DNA of 62,000 nt, from positions 82,001 to 144,000 of the forward strand of contig NZ_JMCB01000004.1 in the NCBI RefSeq assembly GCF_000737315.1. The letters are read 5' to 3'. Source of the stretch: Hyalangium minutum (GTDB taxonomy: Bacteria; Myxococcota; Myxococcia; Myxococcales; Myxococcaceae). The notes below the pieces were generated by a model. That model saw only the letters and a list, made by a program, of their open reading frames with translations. It did not search any database and had not been told where the DNA came from. This document shows positions 10,005 to 19,576 of this stretch, in pieces (the stretch's first letter is position 1; each line of letters starts with the position of its first letter). The position numbers and the translations under genes are program-made.

Positions 10005-10625
10005 TCAGCGACGCTCGCGACGATCTCCCACCACTCTTGCGGGAACCCCCGCCACGATGGCCCACTCGGGCACGTCTCGCGTGACGATCGCCCCCATGCC
10101 CACCACCGCGTGGGCGCCAATCGTCACCCCGTCCGTGACGCCCGCGTTCGCGCCGATCCACACGTCCGCGCCCACCCGGATGCCTCGCGACGTCACCGGC
10201 TGCTCGCGCAGGGGCCGATCCGGATCCATCCCGTGGTTGAAGGCGTAGAGCGTGGCCCCCGTCGCGATGCGCGTCCCATCTCCAATGTGGATGCCCGCAG
10301 CGCCTCCATCGAGGCTCGCCCGCGCGTTGATGCTCACCTGTCGCCCCAGAGTCACCGGCCCGTGGACGAACACATCCGCCGCGATGCTCGAGCCTGGACC
10401 GATGACGAGCGTCCGCCCGGGCTCCGCGAACAGACGGGCCTCGGGCGCCACGAAGCAGCCCTCGGCGATCTGGATGGTCTCCAGCTCCATGAAGCGCGCC
10501 TGCACCTCGCGCTGCCACTCCTCAGCCCATTTCCGGTGCCGGGGCTTCAGCGAGAAGTACAGCCACGGCATCCACGAGAGTCGCTGCTTGTGCTGCTCCC
10601 GGCGGCGTGCGTCCAGGTCTTCCAC
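10005..10625 (-). CDS. Hexapeptide-repeat (left-handed beta-helix) acyltransferase
   Basis: IGDGTRIATGA, VGADVWIGANAGVTDGVTIGAHAVVGMGAIVTRDVP...VAGVPARVV. Confidence 0.92.
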   Translation of the reverse strand: MEDLDARRREQHKQRLSWMPWLYFSLKPRHRKWAEEWQREVQARFMELETIQIAEGCFVAPEARLFAEPGRTLVIGPGSSIAADVFVHGPVTLGRQVSINARASLDGGAAGIHIGDGTRIATGATLYAFNHGMDPDRPLREQPVTSRGIRVGADVWIGANAGVTDGVTIGAHAVVGMGAIVTRDVPEWAIVAGVPARVVGDRRERR

Positions 10626-10647
10626 GAGCGTGCGAGCTCCTTGGGCC

Positions 10648-12432
10648 TCAGCGCCCGATCGCGAACGGCACCTGGATGGGGACTCTCGGGCGCAACGGAT
10701 CCGCGGGGAAGGTCACCTTGCTCATCTTCGCCTTCAAGCACTGAACCAGGCTGGGCGTGAGCGGCTTCGTGCCGGTGATCTCGATGTCGGAGAGCGAGCC
10801 TGAGGTCTCGACCTTGCTCACGATGGTCACCCGGGTGCCCAGGGGAATTCCCTCGGCATGCTCATCCACGCACTGCTTGAGCTTGCCAAGGTGAGGCGCC
10901 ATGGTCGCGTTGAGGTCCTCGGTCGTGAGTTGGCCCGGGACGCTCACCTTCTTAGAAGTGGGCTTCTTGGCCTTTCCCTTGGACGGAGACTTCGCAACCT
11001 CCGCAGGCTCCTCGGGAAGTGGCTTGGGTGGCTCGACCGCAGCCTGCGCGGCTTCGGGCGGATTGGCCACCGGTGGAGGGGGGGGCGTGGGAGCTGGCTG
11101 TGCGACCACAGGCTGCGCCACTGGCGGGGTCGTCACGATGCCCGGCGCTGGAGCCTCGGGCCGAGACCTCAAGTACCAAGCCGCTCCTCCTCCGAGGGCC
11201 AGCAGCAAGACCGCCGCGAAGGCTCCTACGGCTGCAGAGAGCCCGGTGCTCCGAGCAGGAGCCGTGCTCACCGGCGCAGGTGGGCTCACCAGGGCGGGCG
11301 CGCTGACGGGCGCCGTCACCACGGGGATGCCGTGGGGATCCGACGGCCGGATCAGTGTCTTTTCCAGCCCTACTAGATCCGTCTGCAGCGGGCGGCGGAC
11401 CTCTGGCTCGGCGGACGGCAGGATCGCCGCCAGCTCCGTGAGCGAGGGCACCTTCGTCTTCTGCTCGACGTGGGACGCGCCGAACAGGTTCTGCATGTAG
11501 TGCGCGAGCTGCGATGTACCCGGCACCGAAGGCGTCACCCGCAGGAACTCTTCCAGGTCCGCCCGCATCTCCGCAGCGCTCGCGTAGCGATCCTCGGGGC
11601 GGCGCTCCAGCGCCTTCATCACGATCCGATCCAGCGCTGGCGGCACGTCCGGACGCCGCTCGCTCGGTGGCGGAATGGGCTGCGCCATCAGCGCCAGCAG
11701 CACGCCGATCTCGTTGTCCTTCTCGAACACGCGGCGCACCGTGAGCAGCTCGTAGAAGGTGACGCCCAGCGAGAACAGATCGCTGCGGGCATCGATCTGC
11801 TCACCCCGGGCCTGCTCGGGGGACATGTAGCCCCACTTGCCCTTGAGCAGCCCCGGCTGCGTCTGCGTCATCCGCGACGAGGCCTTGGCGATGCCGAAGT
11901 CCAGCACCTTCACCATTCCCTGGAAGGTGACGAAGATGTTCGAGGGGGAGATGTCTCGGTGCACCAGCCCCAGCGGCTGGCCCTGCTCCTGGTAGCTGTG
12001 GGCGAACTCCAGACCCTCCAGCGCGGAGAGGATGATGCGAGCGGCGATGGCGATGGGCACGCCCTCACCCCGGGCGTGCGACGCGGTGATGACCGCGTCC
12101 AGGTCCTCGCCCGCCAGGTACTCCATGCAGATGTAGTAACGGTTGTCCGCCACCCCCAGATCCGAGATCTGCACGATGTTCGGGTGGTGCAGCCGCGCCG
12201 CCAGCCGCGCCTCGTCCAGGAACATGGAGACGAAGTCCCGCGACTGGGTGAAGTGATCCAGCATGCACTTGATCACCACGTCGCGCTCGAAGCCCTCGGC
12301 GCCCAGTTGCTTGGCGAGGAAGATCTCCGCCATGCCGCCCTCGGCGAGCTTGCGCAGCAGCACGTAGTTGCCGAAGCGGCGGGGCGTGGTGACCGGCCGT
12401 GTCAGGGGGATCACCGCGGGGGGGGAGCTCAT
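10648..12432 (-). CDS. Membrane Ser/Thr protein kinase with C-terminal AgmX/PglI-like (TonB-C-like) domain
   Basis: GGMAEIF, VVIK, VHRDISPSNI, DFGIAK, YMSPEQ; TM helix; Pro-rich linker; C-terminal LKQC...LVQCL...FP domain. TAATG overlap with upstream gene. Confidence 0.92.
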   Translation of the reverse strand: MSSPPAVIPLTRPVTTPRRFGNYVLLRKLAEGGMAEIFLAKQLGAEGFERDVVIKCMLDHFTQSRDFVSMFLDEARLAARLHHPNIVQISDLGVADNRYYICMEYLAGEDLDAVITASHARGEGVPIAIAARIILSALEGLEFAHSYQEQGQPLGLVHRDISPSNIFVTFQGMVKVLDFGIAKASSRMTQTQPGLLKGKWGYMSPEQARGEQIDARSDLFSLGVTFYELLTVRRVFEKDNEIGVLLALMAQPIPPPSERRPDVPPALDRIVMKALERRPEDRYASAAEMRADLEEFLRVTPSVPGTSQLAHYMQNLFGASHVEQKTKVPSLTELAAILPSAEPEVRRPLQTDLVGLEKTLIRPSDPHGIPVVTAPVSAPALVSPPAPVSTAPARSTGLSAAVGAFAAVLLLALGGGAAWYLRSRPEAPAPGIVTTPPVAQPVVAQPAPTPPPPPVANPPEAAQAAVEPPKPLPEEPAEVAKSPSKGKAKKPTSKKVSVPGQLTTEDLNATMAPHLGKLKQCVDEHAEGIPLGTRVTIVSKVETSGSLSDIEITGTKPLTPSLVQCLKAKMSKVTFPADPLRPRVPIQVPFAIGR

Positions 12433-14345
12433 TACCGGGGACTCCGAAGGGTACGGACCCAGTATGCCTCGCTTTGCCCCGAGACGAGACGGAACACCAG
12501 GGTATCCGCTGCGGGCACACGCTGGGAGAAGCGGCCCTTGGCGTCGAGTGCGACAGCCTGGCCGTTGAGGAAGAGCCGCGAGCCCACGGGCACCACGCCC
12601 TCCACCGGCACTTCGCCTTTGCCTCGCTTCTCTCCCGGGCGGGGGCGGCTGAGGGCCAAACCCCGGCGCTCATTGTCGTACACCAGCTCAAGCTTGTTCA
12701 TCCGGCCGCCTGCCAGCTCGTCTCCCCCCGGGCCGAGCGCCGCCACGTACCAGAGATAGCGCCCTTCGGAGAGCGAGCCCGGATCCAACGTGTACTGGGT
12801 CTTGTTCGTCACCCGCTGGAGGATCGGCGTCTTCATGTCCGAGGCTCGGTAAAGACGCAGTTGGTAGGAGCGGGCGCCCTCGCGCGGCGAGAACGTGAAG
12901 TGCAGCGCCGGAGCCGCGCTCTGGAAGAGGACGCGGGCGTTGAGGCCCGTCTCCATCACCTCGGCCTTGGGGCTCTCGGTGGTGAGTGAGGAGCGTCCGC
13001 GATCGGGCTCGAAGCGCGCCGAGCCCTGCGTGCGCACCGCCCCGTCCTCCCCCAGGAAGCGCCAGTGCAGCTCGCCTCGGGCCGGTGGTTCTACGCGCAC
13101 CCAGTCTGCTCCCACGCGCCCCACCAGCAGCGGCTTGCTGAACGAGGGATCCGGAGACACCTCCACCCGCAGGGGTCCTTTCGCGCCGGAAGGAACCTGG
13201 ATCCCCGCCCCAGGCGTCCCGTCCGAGAACACCCGCGTCTTGAGGTCCGCTGGCAGCACGAGCGCCGGGGCGGGCTCGCGCGAAGCCTGCGTCGCCGCCG
13301 CAGCCCGGTTCACCTTCTCTCCGGCTTGGACCACCGTGGACTTCCCATCGGCCAGCAGCTCGGCCTTGCCTGTGAGCACCTGCACGGTGGATCCAGCTTC
13401 GGGCGCGCTCACGGCGATGGTGCTCTGCTCGGAGACCTTGAGCTCCACCGGCCCCCGGCCATCGCTGAGCTTCAGCGTGTGCTTCCCCGCGCCGAACTGG
13501 AGCCGTGCCGAGCCCCGGCTGAGCTGCAGCGCGTAGGTCCGCTGCTCGCCCTCGCGCGACGCCTCCTGGAACGTCCCTGCCGAGTCTCCCGCGAGGTTCA
13601 CCTGCAAGTCGTTGGAGACCAGCCGGGCGCTGGACTTCGCGGGAATCTCGAACGCCGAGCCGGGACCCAGCTCCTGGGACTGCTCCGGGCCGAGTTCCGT
13701 GAAGGCGGACTCCTGCGCGCCCTTGACGCGGGCCTTGCCGTCCTGAGGCTCCAGCTTGAAGACGATCAGCTCCGCGCGCACCACTGGCACAGGGACCTGT
13801 TTCGGCTCGCGCACGTCGAACACGATCTCCTTGCCCACCACCATTGGCACCGACTGCCCATCCGTGTCGATGACGCGGATGTCGCCGAACTGGACCGTCA
13901 GCTTGGGCTGTGGGGCCCGGAGGTCGAACACGATGGTGGATGCGGTGACCATCTCCGCCCGGCCGAAGGAACCCGTGACGGTGAGCCCTCCGCCGCCCTC
14001 CTTGGGAGCGCTGGAGACGACGCGGCCCGCTTGGACTTCCACCGTGAGCGCCCCAGGGCCGCCGTTGATGCGGAAGCGGCTGTTCTCGCCCACGTCCAGC
14101 TCGGCGCCGTTGATGTACCGCACGCGCGCGGTGCTGCCCTGGCTCGTGACGATCGTCTCGCCGGGGTACAGGGGCTCGTTCGCCTGGGCGGGCCGAGCCG
14201 CCGCGTCCTGCTGCACCGTCACCTGTCCCTGCACCTGGGTGAGCGTCGCGATCTGCGGCGCAGAGGGCGGGGTGGGCTTCTTGTCACACCCCTCGCATCC
14301 CCAGAGGAGCAGGAGCAGCGGAAGCGTGAGGGAGAGGGCTCGCAA
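12432..14345 (-). CDS. FecR-domain lipoprotein with FN3/Ig-like C-terminal domains
   Basis: Lipobox LWGC; LYPGETIVTSQGSTARV...LDVGENSRF FecR pattern, apparently duplicated. TTG start. Confidence 0.75.
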   Translation of the reverse strand: MRALSLTLPLLLLLWGCEGCDKKPTPPSAPQIATLTQVQGQVTVQQDAAARPAQANEPLYPGETIVTSQGSTARVRYINGAELDVGENSRFRINGGPGALTVEVQAGRVVSSAPKEGGGGLTVTGSFGRAEMVTASTIVFDLRAPQPKLTVQFGDIRVIDTDGQSVPMVVGKEIVFDVREPKQVPVPVVRAELIVFKLEPQDGKARVKGAQESAFTELGPEQSQELGPGSAFEIPAKSSARLVSNDLQVNLAGDSAGTFQEASREGEQRTYALQLSRGSARLQFGAGKHTLKLSDGRGPVELKVSEQSTIAVSAPEAGSTVQVLTGKAELLADGKSTVVQAGEKVNRAAAATQASREPAPALVLPADLKTRVFSDGTPGAGIQVPSGAKGPLRVEVSPDPSFSKPLLVGRVGADWVRVEPPARGELHWRFLGEDGAVRTQGSARFEPDRGRSSLTTESPKAEVMETGLNARVLFQSAAPALHFTFSPREGARSYQLRLYRASDMKTPILQRVTNKTQYTLDPGSLSEGRYLWYVAALGPGGDELAGGRMNKLELVYDNERRGLALSRPRPGEKRGKGEVPVEGVVPVGSRLFLNGQAVALDAKGRFSQRVPAADTLVFRLVSGQSEAYWVRTLRSPR

Positions 14346-14348
14346 GGA

Positions 14349-15179
14349 TCAATTCTCCTGCGGTGACAGGTCCACGTAGAACAGCGCCTGGTCTCCAGCG
14401 CCCACGTCCACGGTCTTGGCCTGCGAGAGATAGCCAGGGGCCTCGAAGGTGACGCGGTAGCGTCCGGCCGGCAAGCGCAGCTCGAAGTCCCCCGAGGGCT
14501 TGGTGCGCGCCTTGAGCTTCGCCTCGGGGATGCGGAGGGTGGCCGAGACAGGACGCCCCAGCGTGGAGCGGACGCGCCCACGCATCCACGCGCGGATCTC
14601 CTCGCCCTTCTGCATGAGGACCTCGACCGACGTCTCCCCATGCGACGGGACGACCACCAGCTCTTCTTTGGGTCGCACGCCTCCGCCCGCAAGCTTCAGC
14701 GCGACGGGACCCGGCCCGGCCTCCGGCACCACGAAGAGGCCCGTCGAGTCGCTCTTGGCCACCACGCGCTCGCCGATCATCACCTCGACCTCTGGGACAG
14801 GGACCTTCGTGCCATCGCGGCCCTCCTCGCGCAGGACGCGGCCCTTCACCACTCCAGGGCCGGGGATGCGCTCGAGCGGCAGGAACACACTGGCCTGTCC
14901 ACCGGCGGGCAGCACCACCTGGCGCTCCACCTGCTGATAGCCCTCCGCCGAGGCGCGCACGGCCACGGGCCCGGAGGCCAGTCCGTCCATGCGGAACGCA
15001 CCGCTGGCGTCGGCCCTGGCGTCCTTGCCGCCCACCTGGACGCGCGGGCTCTTCAGCGGGAGCGAGGCCTGCGGACGCAGGGTGATCCACACCGTCCCTG
15101 TCTCCTCGGCCGCGGGAGGATCGGCCAGCGCCACGCTGCTCAGCAGCAGGAGCACTCCTATCGTCAGGCACCGGGTCAT
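14349..15179 (-). CDS. Secreted carboxypeptidase-regulatory-like/PEGA beta-sandwich repeat protein
   Basis: Signal MTRCLTIGVLLLLSSVALA; repeats ADASGAFRMDGL, SDSTGLFVV, TKPSGDFELRLPAGRYRVTFEAPGY. ATGA overlap at 15176-15179. The ORF-track extension to 16319 is spurious. Confidence 0.8.
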   Translation of the reverse strand: MTRCLTIGVLLLLSSVALADPPAAEETGTVWITLRPQASLPLKSPRVQVGGKDARADASGAFRMDGLASGPVAVRASAEGYQQVERQVVLPAGGQASVFLPLERIPGPGVVKGRVLREEGRDGTKVPVPEVEVMIGERVVAKSDSTGLFVVPEAGPGPVALKLAGGGVRPKEELVVVPSHGETSVEVLMQKGEEIRAWMRGRVRSTLGRPVSATLRIPEAKLKARTKPSGDFELRLPAGRYRVTFEAPGYLSQAKTVDVGAGDQALFYVDLSPQEN

Positions 15180-16624
15180 GGCGACGGGCCCCCGCCGAAC
15201 ACGAACTGGTACCCGGCCGCCAGGGTCAGGCCGCCCAGGTTCCCGCTCACGCTGTTGCGCCCAGGTGCATAGGTCCACTCGAGCTGGCCACAGAGGCGGC
15301 CAGGGCCCACGCTCCACGCGGCGCCGCCTCCCACGGACATGGCGGGCCCCACCGAGCGGAGCTCCTCCTTCACCGACTCGCTTCCCGGGAACTGAAACTC
15401 CACCGGGCCGCTCGCGGCCAGCAAGCCCACGGACGCGTCCGCGAAGAGCACCCCGCGCGTCAGGAACGGATGACTCCACCGCCCGCCCGCCCGGATGCCC
15501 AGGCCACCGAGGGTGAACGTCTTCGTCACGGTGTCGCCGCTGGAGGTGGTTCGCTCCTCGGTCACCTCTTTGTTCTTCTTGAGCTCCACCAGCACCAGCG
15601 CCTCCCACGGCCGCTGCGCCAGCCTCAGCGCTCCCTCCACCCGGAGGCCCGCGCCGTTCGCGCGCGCGGTGTTGCTCTGGCCGAACAAGAAGAAGCCTGC
15701 GGTGCGCTGCCACGGTGTCCACGGAGAGCCCGAGGCCAGAGGCCCTGTGCCGGCGCCACCCGGCTGACCGTTTCCGGTGCCAGGTCTCCCCGCCGAGGCC
15801 ACGGGCGCCGCCACCGGCTCGAGCGGCAGCGTGAAGGCGCGCTCCGTCTCCTCGATGGGCGCGGCGGAGATGTGCACCGGAGCGCCCGGCGCCGGGGCGG
15901 TATAGGGCAGCTCGAAGGTGCCGCCCTCCTTCGGCGAGATGGGGCCGAGCGTCCCGCGATCCACGGTGATGGCCAGAGGAGGGATGGCGGCGGCCGGGTT
16001 GCCGCTCTCGTCCACGACGAAGCCCTGCAGCGATACGGGCTTGCCCTGAACGGGCGGATCCAGCGCCACGAGCCGGATGCGGGCGAACGTCGGCTCGGGG
16101 AGGGCCACTGTCTGCGTGCGTGCGCGGCCCGAGCGCTCGGTGGCGGTCACCTCGGCGCTCGTTACCCCAGGCGGCACCTTCACCGGCACGGAGACCTCGC
16201 CGCTGGCCGAGGCCGTGACGGGCCCATAGGAGGCAGCCCCCACGAGGACCTTCACGCGCGAGCGCGGAGCCACGCGGACGCGCAGGAGGTGGTTGCCATG
16301 GACGGGCAGGGCGAGCCACGCCCCGGAGTTGCTGGCGCCGCGTTTCACGGTGGCATGGAACAGGGCCACCTGTGGGCCCTCCTGCCCGGCGGGCTGGTAG
16401 GTGGCGCGAAAGGTGCCGTCCTCGGCGGCGACAGGCTCGGTGACAGATCCTGCGTTGACGGTCAGGGACACCTGGACATCGCGCAGGGGCTTGCCCGTGT
16501 CATCGAGCGCACTGAGCTCGATCCGGGCACTGTCCCCGGAGGTGACGAAGGCCTTGTCGGAACGCAGCGCGACAGCCTGACTCGTGAGGGTCAGGACCAG
16601 GAGAGTGAGGGGCGCTGCTACCAT
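15176..16624 (-). CDS. Secreted invasin-type Ig-like protein with probable C-terminal outer-membrane beta-barrel
   Basis: Signal peptide; VSLTVNAGSV...DGTFRATY Ig pattern; alternating strands ending LTLAAGYQFVF. Confidence 0.65.
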   Translation of the reverse strand: MVAAPLTLLVLTLTSQAVALRSDKAFVTSGDSARIELSALDDTGKPLRDVQVSLTVNAGSVTEPVAAEDGTFRATYQPAGQEGPQVALFHATVKRGASNSGAWLALPVHGNHLLRVRVAPRSRVKVLVGAASYGPVTASASGEVSVPVKVPPGVTSAEVTATERSGRARTQTVALPEPTFARIRLVALDPPVQGKPVSLQGFVVDESGNPAAAIPPLAITVDRGTLGPISPKEGGTFELPYTAPAPGAPVHISAAPIEETERAFTLPLEPVAAPVASAGRPGTGNGQPGGAGTGPLASGSPWTPWQRTAGFFLFGQSNTARANGAGLRVEGALRLAQRPWEALVLVELKKNKEVTEERTTSSGDTVTKTFTLGGLGIRAGGRWSHPFLTRGVLFADASVGLLAASGPVEFQFPGSESVKEELRSVGPAMSVGGGAAWSVGPGRLCGQLEWTYAPGRNSVSGNLGGLTLAAGYQFVFGGGPSP

Positions 16625-18519
16625 GGTGCCTGGCGGTCAATCCTTTCGCGCTGCCGCAGTCTACGCGAACGCTCCCAGGGGCGCGACGCCGCGAGGAGGA
16701 GAACGAGCCAGCTCACGAGGTGGCCCGGCAGCGTGGCAGGCTGGCTGCCGCACCCGACGTTCACGTCCCTGTCTCCCACGTGGAGGGTGACGCTCTTCTC
16801 CGGAGTGAGCGGGATGCCATTCTCCCGCGTGTACAAGGCCGTGAGACGCATGGACTGGTCCTGCTGCGCCGAGGCCTGGGCGGTGATGCGCACCGTCAGC
16901 GTCTTGCCCGGCTCCAGCGGGAGCTCGGCGGCGTTGTCCTGGAGGGTGAGGGGCGTTCCATCCACCTCGGCTTTGACCTTCGTGAGGCCCTCGGTGGACA
17001 GGTCCAGCACGCCCTGGGGGACGGGCTCCGAGCTCTTGTTCTCGAGCTTCACCTCGAACTCCACCTGGGCGCCCGGCTTCGCCAGCGCGCTGTCCTCCTT
17101 GGAGCGGAGGGAGAGTTCCACGAGGGGATCGCTGCACTTCGGTTGGATGTGCAGCTCGAAGAGCTCACCGAGGATGGGGGTGCCGTCAAAGGCAGGCCGG
17201 ACGACCAGCCGCTGCGAGAGGTCAGCGGGGCAGCCCGCCAGCGCCACCGAGGCCTTCCACACGCCGGGGGACGGCTGGGAGACGGGGCCGACGAACAGCG
17301 GCTGGTCGGCGGTGAAGCTGAACAGCTTCTCCGAGGGCGCCAGCGGCTGGTTGCACGTGTCCTTCAGCTCGAATTGGAGGAGCAGTTGATCGATGTAGGA
17401 GGTGAGCGTGGGCTCCGGGTAGAGCTTCCCCACGTACGAGAGGCTCGAGTGCTGCGGGCTCGGCAGCCGCTTCCAGGTGATGGTGAGATCGCCTACAGGC
17501 TCCCCCTCGTGGAGGACGAAGGGAACGTCCACGTCGTCGGTGCTGATCCACGTCACGGACTGGGCGCTGCCTTGCAGGATCCGGACAGCGCAGTCCGAGT
17601 CGCGGGTGTCTCCTGCCTGGGTGGGGACGAGGCTCACCGCGCTGCCGACGGGCCGGCACAGTCTCACGGTGGCTGGCTCCGGGGAGGGCTGGCCCTGGTC
17701 ATTCACCACCTGCAGGGTGAACGTCGTCGATTCGCACGTCCCCACGAGCTTGCGCGTGGGCACCACCGAGACCTTGGGGTACAGCACCGGGAGGGTGGAG
17801 CTCTGCGCGTTGAGGTTCGCTTGCGCGACATCCTGGATCGTCAGCTGGTAGTTGCCCGGCGCCGGGAACGTGAGGGTGAAGGTCCTCTCTCCGTTGTCCC
17901 GCAGGGGCTCGAAGTTGCTCTCCAGCGGCAGCTCGGGGATGGAGAGGTTGGAGGAGAGGATAAACCGGCCCGCGTACCCGACGGCCTTGTTGTTGAACTC
18001 GTCGTAGGCCTTCACCTTCACCTGGGCGGTGTTCCCGGGGCGCAGCGTGGTGGGCACGGCCGTGAACTCCAGGCGGGCCGTGTAGCCAATCACCACCGAG
18101 ATGGGCCGGGACGCGCCCGGATTGAGGCCCAGCACCCCGTCGGTCGCGATGAGCATCACGCGTCCCAGAGTCGAGGCCTTGTAGTACACCCTCTTTCCGA
18201 TGGAGCCGAAGGGGATGAGGGTCTCGGTGATCGGGGCTTGGAGGCACCCCGGCAGATCGTGGAAGGTGCCCAAGGGCTGGTTTTGACCCAGCGAGACGTT
18301 GACGGCGTACCCCAGGTTGACCCCCATGCCCGCCAAGGTCTGCGTCTGCACGGTGACAGCGATGCACTCGTTCTGCTTGATCTCCAGCGGTGGGCCGTCG
18401 AAGCCCAGCTTCCAATCGGAGAGCGGCAGAAGCTGCGGCGAGGGCGTGGCCGCCACCAGCAGGGGCGCGAGCAGCAGCAGGGTGCGCATGCGGAGCCAGC
18501 GGCTCTGGGGGTGGTTCAT
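16618..18519 (-). CDS. Large secreted Ig-like protein with MYXO-CTERM-like tail
   Basis: Signal MRTLLLLAPLLVAA; beta-rich body; tail VGCG-spacer-hydrophobic-RRLR. Confidence 0.65.
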   Translation of the reverse strand: MNHPQSRWLRMRTLLLLAPLLVAATPSPQLLPLSDWKLGFDGPPLEIKQNECIAVTVQTQTLAGMGVNLGYAVNVSLGQNQPLGTFHDLPGCLQAPITETLIPFGSIGKRVYYKASTLGRVMLIATDGVLGLNPGASRPISVVIGYTARLEFTAVPTTLRPGNTAQVKVKAYDEFNNKAVGYAGRFILSSNLSIPELPLESNFEPLRDNGERTFTLTFPAPGNYQLTIQDVAQANLNAQSSTLPVLYPKVSVVPTRKLVGTCESTTFTLQVVNDQGQPSPEPATVRLCRPVGSAVSLVPTQAGDTRDSDCAVRILQGSAQSVTWISTDDVDVPFVLHEGEPVGDLTITWKRLPSPQHSSLSYVGKLYPEPTLTSYIDQLLLQFELKDTCNQPLAPSEKLFSFTADQPLFVGPVSQPSPGVWKASVALAGCPADLSQRLVVRPAFDGTPILGELFELHIQPKCSDPLVELSLRSKEDSALAKPGAQVEFEVKLENKSSEPVPQGVLDLSTEGLTKVKAEVDGTPLTLQDNAAELPLEPGKTLTVRITAQASAQQDQSMRLTALYTRENGIPLTPEKSVTLHVGDRDVNVGCGSQPATLPGHLVSWLVLLLAASRPWERSRRLRQRERIDRQAPW

Positions 18520-18644
18520 CGTCCCCCGATATTAGAGATGCGTGCACAATTGTTGCAATAATGCGCTGTGGGTGTGGGCGCGGGAGGCCTCGCTCGGTGC
18601 TGGCCGTGGAGGGCCGCAGGGCTTATTGAGACAGGGAGATCCCC

Positions 18645-18848
18645 ATGCCGTCCCCTCAATGTCCCATCTGCCAGAAGCCCGTGGCTCCGCGCGCGGAGAA
18701 CCCTTCCTATCCGTTCTGCTCCCGGAGGTGCCGGGCGGTGGACCTGGGCCGCTGGCTGGGCGAGGAGTACCGCATGCCCGAGCAGCGGGGGGACGAGCGG
18801 GAGGATGAGCTGCCGCCCGACCACCCCGAGCGGGGGAGCGACGCGTGA
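18645..18848 (+). CDS. yacG: DNA gyrase inhibitor YacG
   Basis: CPICQKPV...YPFCSRRCRAVDLGRWLGEEY; preceded by GGGAG. Confidence 0.92.
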   Translation: MPSPQCPICQKPVAPRAENPSYPFCSRRCRAVDLGRWLGEEYRMPEQRGDEREDELPPDHPERGSDA

Positions 18849-19576
18849 GCGGGTGGGTGGATCTGCACTGCCACCTGCTGCCGGGCGTGGATGACGGGGC
18901 GAGGACGTTCGAGGACAGCCTGGAGATGGCGCGGGCGCTGGTGGACCTGGGCTTCTCCACGGTGGCCCCGAGTCCCCACGCGCGGCCCGAGTACGCACCG
19001 GCCGAGCTCGTGGACCAGCGGCGCTCCGAGCTGCGCGCGGCCCTGGCGCGCGAGGGGATTCCGCTGACGCTCGGGCGCAACGCGGAGAACGTGCTGGACG
19101 AGGCCTTCCTTCGGAGCCTGGGCACTCCGGCGGCGCGCATGCTGGGAGAGGGCCGGTACGTGCTGGTGGAGCTGCCGTACACCACGCCCGTGCCAGCGCT
19201 GCTGGACATCCTCTTCCGCATCCGGACCCAGGGGGTGACGCCTGTGCTTGCCCACCCGGAGCGCTGCCTGGAGTTCGAGCGCAAGGGCCGCGCGGCGGAG
19301 GCGGTGCGGTGCGGCGCGCTGCTGCAGCTGGACGTGGGGGCGCTCACCGGGCGCTACGGGGGGACGGCGAAGAAGCTGGCGCGCGAGTTCCTGGAGCAGG
19401 GGCTGTACGGGCTGGGCGCCACGGACCTGCACTCGCCCGTGGGGGCGAGGGATTGGCTGGGCCGGGCGTTCACGGAGCTGCGCGCGAGGGCAGGGGAGCA
19501 GGCCTTCGGCCGCCTCATGAGGGACCACCCTGCACGTCTGCTGGCCGGTGAAGCCCTGGAGTCCGAGGGGGAGTGA
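18845..19576 (+). CDS. PHP-family tyrosine-protein phosphatase (CpsB/CapC/YwqE type)
   Basis: VDLHCHLLPGVDDGA, SPH, PVLAHPER, ATDLH. Confidence 0.9.
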   Translation: MSGWVDLHCHLLPGVDDGARTFEDSLEMARALVDLGFSTVAPSPHARPEYAPAELVDQRRSELRAALAREGIPLTLGRNAENVLDEAFLRSLGTPAARMLGEGRYVLVELPYTTPVPALLDILFRIRTQGVTPVLAHPERCLEFERKGRAAEAVRCGALLQLDVGALTGRYGGTAKKLAREFLEQGLYGLGATDLHSPVGARDWLGRAFTELRARAGEQAFGRLMRDHPARLLAGEALESEGE

